Positions 52,294-64,000 of a stretch of 64,000 bases of DNA are shown here, piece after piece; position 1 is the stretch's first letter; each line of letters begins with the position of its first letter. The DNA is from Octopus vulgaris (Eukaryota). The position numbers were made by a program, and so were the translations under genes. The DNA lies in contig OX597818.1 in the NCBI GenBank assembly GCA_951406725.2, positions 81,654,001 to 81,718,000 of the forward strand, given 5' to 3'. A model generated the notes under the pieces. It worked only from the letters and a program-made list of their open reading frames with translations, had not been told where the DNA came from and searched no databases.

Positions 52294-52324
<31 letters not shown>

Positions 52325-52329
52325 GCATG

Positions 52330-52385
<56 letters not shown>

Positions 52386-52447
52386 TATACAAACATCCAA
52401 GCATACATACATATATATATATGTATGTATGCTTGGATGTTTGTATA

Positions 52448-52495
<48 letters not shown>

Positions 52496-52705
52496 CATGC
52501 ATATATATACAAACATACATAAATGCATTCATATATAAGCATGTAAGCATATGTATGTATATGCTGTAGGCCTAGCTGTGGAGCAAGAAGTTGGCTTATC
52601 AACTACATGCTTCCAGGTTCAATCCCATTGCGTATTACATTACCCAAATATCATCTGCTACAGACCCTGACAACCGATGTTTTGAAGTCTTAAACCCGGG
52701 TTTAT
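52100..52705. repeat. ~600-bp palindrome made of two back-to-back SINE B heads around a perfect palindromic core
   Basis: 52100-52255 is the reverse complement of ~52550-52703; core ACAAACATCCAAGCATACATACATATAT|ATATATGTATGTATGCTTGGATGTTTGT. Confidence 0.85.
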
Positions 52706-53145
52706 GTCTTTCCGTCACCGCAACATAGCGGTTCAGTATCAGAATGATAGAAAATATACTAGGCTAAAAAGCTATGTACCCTGGTCAATACATCTGCAAG
52801 GCGGTGCCCGGCATGGCTGAAGTCCAATGACTGAAAAGGATACAATATATTTTTATAATAACTCATCAGGTGTACGGTGAACCTTAGGAAGCTGAACGAT
52901 GATAAACATATTTGTTCTTAATTCGTACAAGGAAATTCAGACGTAGATATATATTCACTGAGAAGTACTAGCGTTGTTGAAACACTGGGTGTCTCAGAAT
53001 CCGCTTACTCTAATGAATCGGGTTGGTTATGAAGAAACATTCCTCTGAGACGTGATGCTCGGCTGAGATGAACTACAACAGGGATCAACATATTCACGAC
53101 TCTTTCGGAATAAATTATGCACACATACATACATATGCGTGTGTA

Positions 53146-53200
<55 letters not shown>

Positions 53201-53233
53201 TGTTTAGTGAAGCCGAAAATGTCTTCGCAAAAA

Positions 53234-53275
53234 AACTGCCATTCAGAGTTTCACGCTAACGTTCATCGGACAGTT
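53234..53275 (-). ncRNA. Degenerate minimal hammerhead (CCGATGA core)
   Basis: Minus strand AACTGT-CCGATGA-ACG-TTAG-CGT-GAAA-CTCTGAAT-GGCAGTT; the cleavage triplet is damaged. Confidence 0.5.
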
Positions 53276-53594
53276 GTGATCGCATAGACAGACACACACA
53301 CATCATATATTTATAACGTATTATGCTAGCTAGTCGTTGTCTCAAAACAAATTACTCGACAAGTTAAGCAGAGTAGATATTATTTCCACGAAATACATTA
53401 GCCAAAACCTTTCCACTTTACAATGTGTGTGTGTTTGTGCGTTGTGTGCTTCTGTGTGTGTGTCGCGAGATATGCAGAGATAGAATATTTGCCAATTTAA
53501 CAATATGTACGCCACCTTGAATCAATGCTGCTTTAAGCAAATACTCGGCTACATGCTTACAGGCGCTTACACACGCAGACACACCGAGATACAT

Positions 53595-53651
<57 letters not shown>

Positions 53652-53795
53652 CACACATACACACATACACCTATGAGGAAATGAAGCTACATGTAGTAGC
53701 GTATGTGTGTTGGTATTTTCTTAGTCTTTGAAAGTGCGTTTCAATTTATGCAGGAATCTTTCGAAATCAACATAACAGACATAACACACATGATG

Positions 53796-53829
<34 letters not shown>

Positions 53830-54300
53830 TGTATGTATGTATGTATGTATGTATGTATGTATGTATGTATGTATGTATATATATATATTTATTTATTCGT
53901 ACACACACACATGCACACGCACGTATGTATATATATATATATGTATATGTATATATATATATGTATGTGTGTGCGTGTGTGTGTGGGGTTCTGTGAGTGC
54001 GTGCATGCGTGTTTATATTCCAAGCGTAGACACAGATACACACAGGCTACAGATATTGAGAGGTGTCTTTCATGAATTTAATGGTACGTAAACATGCGAT
54101 AAACTTGAAACCTCTAATAAAACATTTGCACTCATTAACAATAGCCTAATATACGTGTGCTTACATCCTTACACACATACATACATTCATACATGTATAC
54201 ACGCACATATACATACATACATACATACACACATATATATATATACGCGCACACGCACAGACATGCACACTTGCATATAGACATATACATACATACATAA

Positions 54301-54359
<59 letters not shown>

Positions 54360-54552
54360 CACATATATGTATGATTATGTATGGGTCATATTTAAATTTC
54401 TTAATGCTGATAATATTTGTCCTTTAGCACATGTAATAAGTTGCTTCTTCCGTTACACACACACGCAAACACGCACACATATGTATATATACACACACAT
54501 ATATATATACATATATATTACATTTATGTATATATATATATCTATTATATAC

Positions 54553-54609
<57 letters not shown>

Positions 54610-54981
54610 GGTTTTTATATATATATGTATATATATATGTTTATTTATATATATATATATATATATGTATGTATACACAACACATATGTATGTTTATGCG
54701 GCGCGCGTGTAACCGTGTATCATGTAATTTTCTCGATTTGTTTGCGTACACACGGACTTGACGCACACACTTGCACACATATGGGAGAGAGAGAGAGAGG
54801 AAGAGCTTGTTTAAATATTATATTACATTTACATTATACGAAACACGCAAATTACGCACCTTCCGCCACCACAGACTCATACTCTCTCACACACACATAT
54901 ATACATAAACACGAGCGTGTGCTTGTGAGTGTTTCTGTTTACGTATAGCTGTTTGACTATCTGCGTACGTTACTGCGTATT

Positions 54982-55044
<63 letters not shown>

Positions 55045-55264
55045 TGTGAGTGTGTGTATGTGTGCATGCGTGCGTGTATATACATACCTGAACTATCTCC
55101 GATTCTCATGAGAGAAGAAAAAAGATTTCATAACAGCATTTAAACAAGCCGTGGGCTAACATCTGCAAGATATTCCAGAAAAACCTGCCTACACCAGGAT
55201 ATATCTCTCCAAGCAGTAACTCCTTACATGAATGGGATATGGTGCCCAAAGAACGTCTGTAATA

Positions 55265-55483
55265 TTACTTTCTACTGTGGGCAAAAGGCCTGAAAATCTG
55301 GGGGAGGAATAACGTGATTAATTCAACCCCACGGCGTAACTTGTACTTATTTTATCGACGTTCGAAACGGTTAAAGGGTAAAGTCGACCTAGATTGAATT
55401 TTACTCAGAAAGTGAAGAAGACAAACGAAATACCGCTAGGAAATTCATCCGGCCAGCTAGCGATTCTGCCAGTCCTCCGCCTT
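55265..55483 (-). mobile_element. SINE family A copy
   Basis: Reverse complement of GGCGGAGGACTGGCAGAATCGCTAGC...GTCGACTTT. Confidence 0.75.
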
Positions 55484-56349
55484 AAGAGCATCTGTAATAT
55501 TAAACATCATTAAGAGTTTTTTCCAGATGGAAAGTTAGCCTTGGCTTGAGCTAATTCTGACCGACGCTTATCTAAGCATACAGACTTACATTCATGTATA
55601 ATACATACACACATACATACATGCATACTTACGTACGTACGTACGTACATACATACACAAACACACATAGATACATACAGACACGCATACCCTCACCCAC
55701 ACGGATAAATGTGGATATGCTGATTAGCTTCTGTATGTTCCGATGTCGCTTGGTCGGAAATATAAGAGGTAAGATTTCCTAGCATTTCTAGATTTATTTA
55801 TCGGAATATTATGTTGATGAAGGAAATGAATCTTATGATTCTAATCCAGAAACGTGCGTCCTTAATTGACCGTGGACTGTTTGATTTCGTTATTTTTCTT
55901 CTTTTTTTTGCCATATATGATTTACAAATATTGTTGTCTGTGGAGACATATTTTTGTAGTAAAAGGAAATACCAGTCCTCTGGCTGCTATTTCTAAAATT
56001 TTCGGTATGTGGTCAAGCAACTTGTTGCAAAGACCCTTATTGTTATAATTATATATAAGACAACTTTCATGAACAATAGTGATTTATTAGCACAGAATTG
56101 TGGATTCTTTCATATCGAACTACGATAAGCTGAAAGAAGTTTTTGTTGTATTTCACGGTTGGCAACCGGCGTTGCTAGGTATGCGAATAAGATTACAAGA
56201 GTTAAGGATTAGATAAGATTCGGTATACATATGTTACTTAGCGAGCGGAACCTCGCCAAGGAGGTGTATACAACAGGCTACTCTTCAGGCCAAGGGTATC
56301 TTGATTAAATGAAGTTTACATTGTCGTAAGGAGGTACACAGAAGATTCG

Positions 56350-56385
<36 letters not shown>

Positions 56386-56621
56386 GAGTATGTGGATAAA
56401 CGAAAGAAAAAGGCACCCAACACATCTAGTAGGAATTACATAAATTATTATTTAAAAGTCCGATTCGGTTCTATGCGACCTGAAGATTCCCTGACCTCTT
56501 TGCAGAAACTTTTCTCGTTCAGGTTTACATTATCGATTCGGTTATGTAAGTCTGAACGAGCCAAGTTTTTGTAAAGGGGACTTCTAAACTTTAATTCGCA
56601 GAGAGACAAATCAAACTGTTT

Positions 56622-56623
56622 TA

Positions 56624-56691
<68 letters not shown>

Positions 56692-56804
56692 TAAATAATA
56701 AAAACAATAACAACAACAACAATGATAATATTAATATTAATAATAATGATAATGATAATAATAATAACAACAGCAACAACAACAACAGCAACAACAACAA
56801 CAAC

Positions 56805-56848
<44 letters not shown>
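56622..56848. repeat. (TAA)n/(CAA)n microsatellite
   Basis: Direct sequence. Confidence 0.97.
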
Positions 56849-56849
<1 letters not shown>

Positions 56850-57643
56850 TCTCTCTGAAAAGTTAATCACGCAGAGTTTATTTCTCTCTTAAGTTTTACA
56901 GTGTACTATCTAACTGCAGGATGTGTAGTGCCTTAAAGACCCATCCTCTGAAAATCACTTGATATTTTTCTGCTTTGTAGGTAATATATACGTGATAGGT
57001 CGGCAGGAAACGGTGACACTTCAGGCAATTGCCTTCGCAATCATGGATTTTGTGGATATTTGGTACCATGCATGAAATCGTCCCTCTGGTTAGAGTGTTT
57101 CTAATTTCTCCTTAGTTATTTCGCCGATTTTCACTGCGCCGTACATTCCTGTTCTCCGCTAAACTTAACGAGCTTTTCTCAAAGCATCAGACGCTCTTCT
57201 TTAATTAAATAAACGTTTGAAGTCCTTAACTAAACCTGCTTACAAATTTGGAGAGTTGTAACATTTTCATGTTTCTCTCTGCCTCTTTCTCCCACATAGA
57301 GTCACACATACACACACATGCACCAGAGAGACACACATAAACATGCACACACATGCATACACACGCACACAGAGAGACAGACACACACCCCACAGAGATA
57401 TGCATAGACATGCACACAGACACATACACGCACAGAAGCACAATACAGAGAAGTACGCATAAACATACACACACATACACGAACACACACACACACACAT
57501 CACAGAGGTGCGCATAAACACACATGCATGCACTCTCTCTCTTTTAACGGTCTCTCTTTCTTTCTTACTTTTTCTTTCTCTCTTTCTCGTTGTATAAATT
57601 CATACACGCACACATATATATATATATATGTATATATATATAC

Positions 57644-57678
<35 letters not shown>

Positions 57679-57682
57679 AATA

Positions 57683-57764
<82 letters not shown>

Positions 57765-58521
57765 TGGATAGAGAGATGGATATACATACATGCGCATATA
57801 CACCAGTATGCACACACATACGTATTTTATACATACATATCCCATCCTCCCTCGATATTTATATATGCATTCGTGTATGTATATATGTATGTATGAATAT
57901 GTTTGTGTGCATGGATGTGTGTGTATGTGTGTGTGTGAATGTAAGAGGAAAGAGAGAGAGGGGGAGCAACAAAGAGAGAAAGAGAGAGAGAGAGACAGGA
58001 GAAAGAGAGAAAAGACAGGTGAGGCTACGAGGCTGTATGAGTGTATTTTCAAATGGGTTGTGAGAGAAAACGAAAGTAGGAAGTATGAAAGAGCAGAGAG
58101 GCAATAATATCAACTGTACAGTGTAATACAGTTACAAACCAATGACATTTTGGCAAGTATATTAAGCAAATCTTGTATGTTAGTAAAATTAGTCCTTGAG
58201 GAGCTTCACCGTGTGATATCAAATTAAGCTGGGCTATTTCAACAAAGATGTGCCTGCCAAATAAAGAAAATCACATTAGATCTAACATTTACTTTAAATG
58301 CCAATCTTGAAATCCAGGGTGTGTTGTAGTGACATGTACAAAGGGAATTGAATTTCCTCCTAAACTTCCTCCGACCCTCCTTCCCTTCGTCTCTTCTTCC
58401 CTTTTCTTTGTCTTCTCCCTTTTTTTTCTTTCACCCTTTCTTTCCTTATGTCGTCAGCCACGGTATGAATCGTTCCCCTCCTTCTTTATTTCTTACTCTT
58501 AATCAATAGAATCTTCTTCGG

Positions 58522-58566
<45 letters not shown>

Positions 58567-58567
58567 T

Positions 58568-58611
<44 letters not shown>

Positions 58612-58990
58612 ACTTATCCTGGTGAAGATCATCATCGTCGTCGTCGTCATCCTCCTTCTCCTCACCATCATCATCATCATCATCACCATCACTGTCACCA
58701 ACACCGGTATAACTTCACAACCTGCAGCGCTTCCAATGCCAGTCACCACTAGCAGCAGCAGTACCATCACCACCACCACCATCACCACCTGCATCATAAC
58801 CACCACCACCACCAGCACAACTACCAACACCACCACCACCACCACCTCCGCCACCACTTCCACCACTACTGCCAACACCTCCACCATCACCTCCAGCACT
58901 ACTGCCAACACCTCCACCATCACCTCCACCACTACACCCAACATCACCACCACCACCACCACCACCACCACAACCACCACAACCACCACC

Positions 58991-59021
<31 letters not shown>

Positions 59022-59400
59022 GCTACAGCACCACCAGCAACAACACCAGTAGTAGCACCATCACCACCATCTTCATAACCACTATTACTACTACCATTAC
59101 AACTACTACTGCTACTACTACTACTACTACTACTACGGCCGCTGCTGCTACTGTTGCTGCTGCATTATCATTATCACCATCGTTCATCACATTATTACCA
59201 ACAACCAGCAACTACAACATCATCATTATAATCATCATCATCACACCACCAACATCACCACAAGCAATACCCATAATACCAGCACCAGAACCACCTCCAG
59301 CACCACCACAACCACCACCACCACCACCACTACCACCACCACTACCACCACCACTACTTCCACTACTAACATCACCATCATCATCATCAACATAATTCTT
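58522..59400. repeat. Compound triplet low-complexity tract (CAT/CAC/ACT/GCT)
   Basis: Direct sequence; it produces spurious Thr/Pro/Val-rich ORFs on both strands. Confidence 0.9.
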
Positions 59401-59986
59401 GTCACCCTCTTATCATCACCCGACTGATCCTCCTCGTCTTTTTCTCCCTCCTTCTTCTCCCCTCCTCCTTCCCTCCTCCTCCCCTTCCGCTGCCTCCTTC
59501 TCCTTCTCCTCATCTTCGTCATTGTCCGTCCTTGTTATCTCCTTGTTATCTCTATGTTATCTCCTTTACTAACTTAATATTACAAACCAAAATCCGAGGT
59601 CTGTTCTTTCTAACGTCGTCACTGGAAATAACAGCGGAAGTGCAACGCACTTAGCTGCAGCATGATGCATCTGATAAATTACACTATCGTTAAAAGTTTA
59701 GTAGAAAGTTAATTGGTTTCGTACATCACTCGACTCCTCCGCAACCAATTATCCCAGATGATTACCATTAAAAATTTACCCTACCATTTCTTGTACTATA
59801 CGATACCAACAGCAGAATACCATCGGCTTCACCATCACTATTGCTATTAGCGGCACTACCATTTTACTCCACAATTTCTCACAATACCATTTCACCGCTA
59901 CTTGGATAACACTCGAACCACGACCAATATCGTCAATATTATTACCATCGCTTCTCAAACGGGGAGCTGGCAGAATCGTTAGCACG

Positions 59987-60057
<71 letters not shown>

Positions 60058-60134
60058 CATGATGATGATGATCATCATCATCATCATCATCATCATTATT
60101 AATATTATAATTATTATCATTATTATTATTATTA

Positions 60135-60196
<62 letters not shown>

Positions 60197-60234
60197 AATA
60201 ATAATAATAATAATAATAATTATAATAAAGAGGG

Positions 60235-60375
60235 GGAGGAGGTGAGCGGTAGAATCGTTAGCACGCCGGGCAAAACGCTTAGCAGTGTTTCGTCCCTCTT
60301 TATGTTCTGAGTTCAAATTCCGACGGGGTCGAATTTCGCCTTTCACCCTTTTAGAGTCGATAAATTAAGTACAAG
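60235..60375 (+). mobile_element. SINE family A copy (with a separate head fragment at ~59960-59987)
   Basis: AGAATCGTTAGCACGCCGGGCAAAACGCTTAGC...GAGTTCAAATTCC...GTCGATAAATTAAGTAC. Confidence 0.82.
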
Positions 60376-62310
60376 TGGGAAGAGGGGTGTTGAGGCGTGC
60401 ACAGGATTGAGCCACGCCCGTTGTTTGGTTAGGAGACGGAACGGAGGCTTGTAAATGAGGCTCAATCTGCCTGAAGGAAAACCTGCGATTGATGCCTTCC
60501 CAGTTACGGTGGACATGTCTGTATTATTCAGTTGACTCGAACATCTCCTACATACTTTAGTTGACCTGCTAGATCAGTGAAAACTGTGTGAATTCTCCAA
60601 CACGTCCACGCAACTTTTTCAGTTTTACAGATCAGTATATAAACCTTTCCATGTTTGAATTCCGTACTTGGCTTTTATTCTCAAATCACATGCAAACCAC
60701 GTTTTTACTATTAGAACAATAATAAGAAAAATTAAGAGAAAATAAAGTGAATCTCTATGCAAATGATCAACTTTCTAGAAATAGCATCCATAATCCTCTC
60801 GAATCACGCATTATCATACCAAAAAATGAAAGGACAAAGTTGAAAAATATAGTCCTGGTCATATTTACTGCATACATTTCCCCATAGTTCTGCTTCTACG
60901 ACGAATGGTTTTGACTTGAAGATAAACAGGCATAGATGTATGGTTAAGAAGTTCGCCTCGGTGCCATATACTACCGGCTTACGTTCTACAGCACTATATG
61001 AAAATGTATAAATGTGTGTGTATTGGAAAACTGATGAGTTTCACACATATCAGTGGTACAATGTGGTTGTACTAGTAGGCTGATTCTAAGGAGTTGTCTG
61101 GTCGAAAATGTTATAGGCTGCACATGAGGTAACTCCTGACGTATAAAGTAAGTTTACCCAGGCCAAACCAGTGGTCACCAAGGGAAACTGATTCACCGCA
61201 CTCGTTATATCTTGTGGTAAATAATATGAAGAAACCCCCACTGTTTAAAAATCAGGAACATTTCGTTTGCTAAATGAGATAGTTTTAGGACCCATTTTAA
61301 GATAGAATAGCTTTATCGATGTTAACTATGTTGCATATTACTGGGACATATGCGTCTGCTATGTCAGTTTCATGTTTAACTGCCAGACTTATACAACAAG
61401 CTCATAGCAGATGTCTGCCGCAACGGCAGCAGAATGGAAGACGTAATTTCCGGTTCATATCTCTGTTGCATGCAAATTTTATGGTTTGGCTATATTTTAA
61501 AAGTTAATTTGGCGTTTCTCCCTAATTTGATCGCTCACGCACGTGATCTCGATCATATCTCTCCATGACGTCATCAACCCCGTGTAGCACATTATAGAGA
61601 AGGTTGGTAAACAAACTTGATTGGGTGAGTCACCGTTGTATTAGAATTATTCGAAAGATTTGGAAACGGACGACGATTGTTTGGTGGTGACAGTCATAAA
61701 TACTGTCAGTCTTGGACATGTTCTTAGTATCTATTTGGCTATATGTACAATATAATTTCTTTCGTGATCAGGTTCAATGATTCTTCTCATTGAAACCACT
61801 TTGAATCACATCATCAGACTATCAAGAATGTCCGCTTCATCCCTTATGCATGTTACGTTCCTCAAAATCAATCCGGTTGAATCTGAGATGTGGGACATCT
61901 CTTCCGACATGTTCAGAAGACATCCACCCCTTCAAAAGGTCTAATTTACAAGATTCAAAATACCTGAATGAGGTAGTAATAATTAAAACCACAAATGATT
62001 CGTATTCTTAGATACAATAAGAAAAGGGAAAATAATAATTTTTAGTTTTATAATCATGTACCATGCTGTTGGTATATCTGTTGCTTGTAATTATTTATCA
62101 CGTTGGAAGTTTGAAGATGTTCTCTTTATTTTTAAATGATTCATTAATCAGTGGAACTTATGTATCATTTAACAATGCTTTTAATGTTTCAAGCCGCTGA
62201 ATCAAGCCAAATAAGTCTATGTGTATGTAGATATACATATATGTGTGTCTGTTATGTAATTGTATGTCATTATTGTATGTATATATGTATGAATGTATGT
62301 ATGCGTATAT

Positions 62311-62364
<54 letters not shown>

Positions 62365-62368
<4 letters not shown>

Positions 62369-62524
62369 TTGTGTGTGTGTGTATGTGTGTTTGTCCCCCA
62401 CCTTCACTTGATAACCGATGTTGGTGTGATTACGTACCCGTAACTTAGCTGTTCGACTAAAGGCGGTGCTCCAACATGGCCGCAGTCGAATGATTGAAAC
62501 AAGTAAAAGAATAAAAGAAAAAAA

Positions 62525-62525
<1 letters not shown>
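62365..62525 (+). mobile_element. SINE family B 3' half
   Basis: AAAGGCGGTGCTCCAACATGGCCGCAGTCGAATGATTGAAACAAGTAAAAG. Confidence 0.8.
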
Positions 62526-62559
<34 letters not shown>

Positions 62560-62563
<4 letters not shown>

Positions 62564-62730
62564 TTTCAAACTTTGTTACAAATCCAGCAATTTCGGTTGA
62601 CGCGTTAAGTCGAATATATCGGTCCCATTGCACAACTGCTACTTATTTTATCAACCCCGAAAGGATGAATAGCAATGTCGACTCCCGCGGAATTTGAACT
62701 CTGAAGGTAAGGACGGACGAAATGTCGTTC
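62560..62730 (-). mobile_element. SINE family A copy
   Basis: ACTTATTTTATCAACCCCGAAAGGATGAA...GGAATTTGAACTC. Confidence 0.78.
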
Positions 62731-63199
62731 AGTCGATGAATATAGCTGACAGGATCATGTTATTCATTAAATGTAGCCGGTACCATTTCACTAGGCAATG
62801 TAACTCGTAGGTATTTTCAAACAATTCTCAAAGATATGGATTTCAGAGTTGGGTTTGTATTCCAGTATCCTTTGTTTCATGGGGGCCTCACGATTCCCCA
62901 TTAGCAAAGCATTCTGAACGCTGTAACGAAGGTGATAATGTCTTACTGACGAGTAGATATTATGGCTTCATCACCCATCATGACAAACACTGTTTGAGAA
63001 CAATTTGAAGAACATTTGGATTCGATGTGCAAATGCCTTGTAGAGCACACGTCAATAAAGAAACATCAAAGCAATATGCAACTACAAGATAATTCAATTC
63101 ACCTCCAATCGAAAAATTTGGATATCACTTAGACCTTTGGAGAGTAGAAAAAAACACCTAAACACAATTCTAATTATTTACTTTAAGTTGAAAGTTTAT

Positions 63200-63324
63200 G
63201 ACTGTATGTTAAGAAGTTTTCCTCCCAACCACAATGTTCTGGGTTCAGTCCCTCTTCATGCCATCTATTGCCCCGTCGAAAAATCATTATGAGAGAATCT
63301 GGTATCCGGAACCTGAAAGAAACC

Positions 63325-63330
<6 letters not shown>
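63200..63330 (+). mobile_element. SINE family B head (diverged)
   Basis: TTAAGAAGTT..CCTCCCAACCACA.TGTTCTGGGTTCAGTCCC...GGAACCTGAAAGAAACCC. Confidence 0.65.
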
Positions 63331-63401
<71 letters not shown>

Positions 63402-63804
63402 ATATATGTATATGTACATATATATATATATGTATATATATATACATACATACATACATATATATATATATGTTCTCCTAACGCTGAATCTGTTCATCAA
63501 ATAGTAGTAATTGGCATTTAGTTGTGACAATGCTGTCACCCACACAAATTCCTTATATGGAGCTATGATATCCCCTTTACTCCATTTCTATAATTAGAAA
63601 ATCTTTATTGCCTCCTCTCACTTGTTCTTCATTCTCAGAACCTTATAGTAGTTTGGAACAACTGAATCTTAGTCAGTCAGTTGATGAGCTCCACTACCTC
63701 AAATGTTCTTAAAATTTAAATCCACATCTTTGTCTATGTATCTACCTTCTCTATAATATTGCCACTTGATATGAAAATTTTTGTATTAATGGAAAACCTC
63801 TATA

Positions 63805-63850
63805 ATTAGCTGATGAGTACTCAGTATTTTGAAACAGTTGTAATACTTAC
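63805..63850 (+). ncRNA. Degenerate minimal hammerhead-like motif
   Basis: CTGATGA-GTACT-C-AGTAT-TTT-GAAA-CAGTTG-TA; stem I pairs poorly. Confidence 0.42.
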
Positions 63851-63960
63851 AACATTTAATAAAATGATGTAGTACGAAACGATCGTACCAAATTACCGGA
63901 GTCATTCTTGTTGCTTATTTTGATACATATATATACATATGTGTGTGTATGTATGTATAT

Positions 63961-64000
<40 letters not shown>

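Noticed and set aside
58622-59395. 257-aa Thr/Pro-rich mucin-like ORF with a hydrophobic start
   Set aside because: Built from triplet microsatellites, open on both strands, non-ATG start and no splice context. A real exon cannot be fully excluded without RNA-seq.

Overview
This is AT-rich eukaryotic intergenic or intronic DNA, most consistent with an octopus/cephalopod genome (inferred from the SINE families and the dense (TA)n/(TAA)n/(CA)n tracts). I found no host protein-coding gene, and most ORF-track entries are microsatellite read-throughs. Recognisable content: R4/Dong-type RLE LINE fragments in (TAA)n, CR1 and RTE LINE 3' ends, several tRNA-derived SINE families, non-autonomous Helitrons, a deleted mariner inserted in a decayed Penelope-like (PLE) reverse transcriptase, and many inverted-repeat islands in (TA)n. 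The top signal is at 38353-39690: a near-identical 361-bp non-coding unit, arranged as 2 tandem copies on one strand joined head-to-head to about 1.7 copies on the other, inside a (TA)n tract. Each unit carries a type I hammerhead ribozyme fold (CCGACGA core, GAAA, palindromic ACCATGGT stem III, GUC site). This is a candidate young retrozyme, i.e. a template for a small self-cleaving, possibly circular RNA. Diverged relatives and other PLE-type minimal hammerheads, including a U3-A8 compensatory variant, are scattered through the window. All calls were made by eye, and fragment boundaries are approximate.
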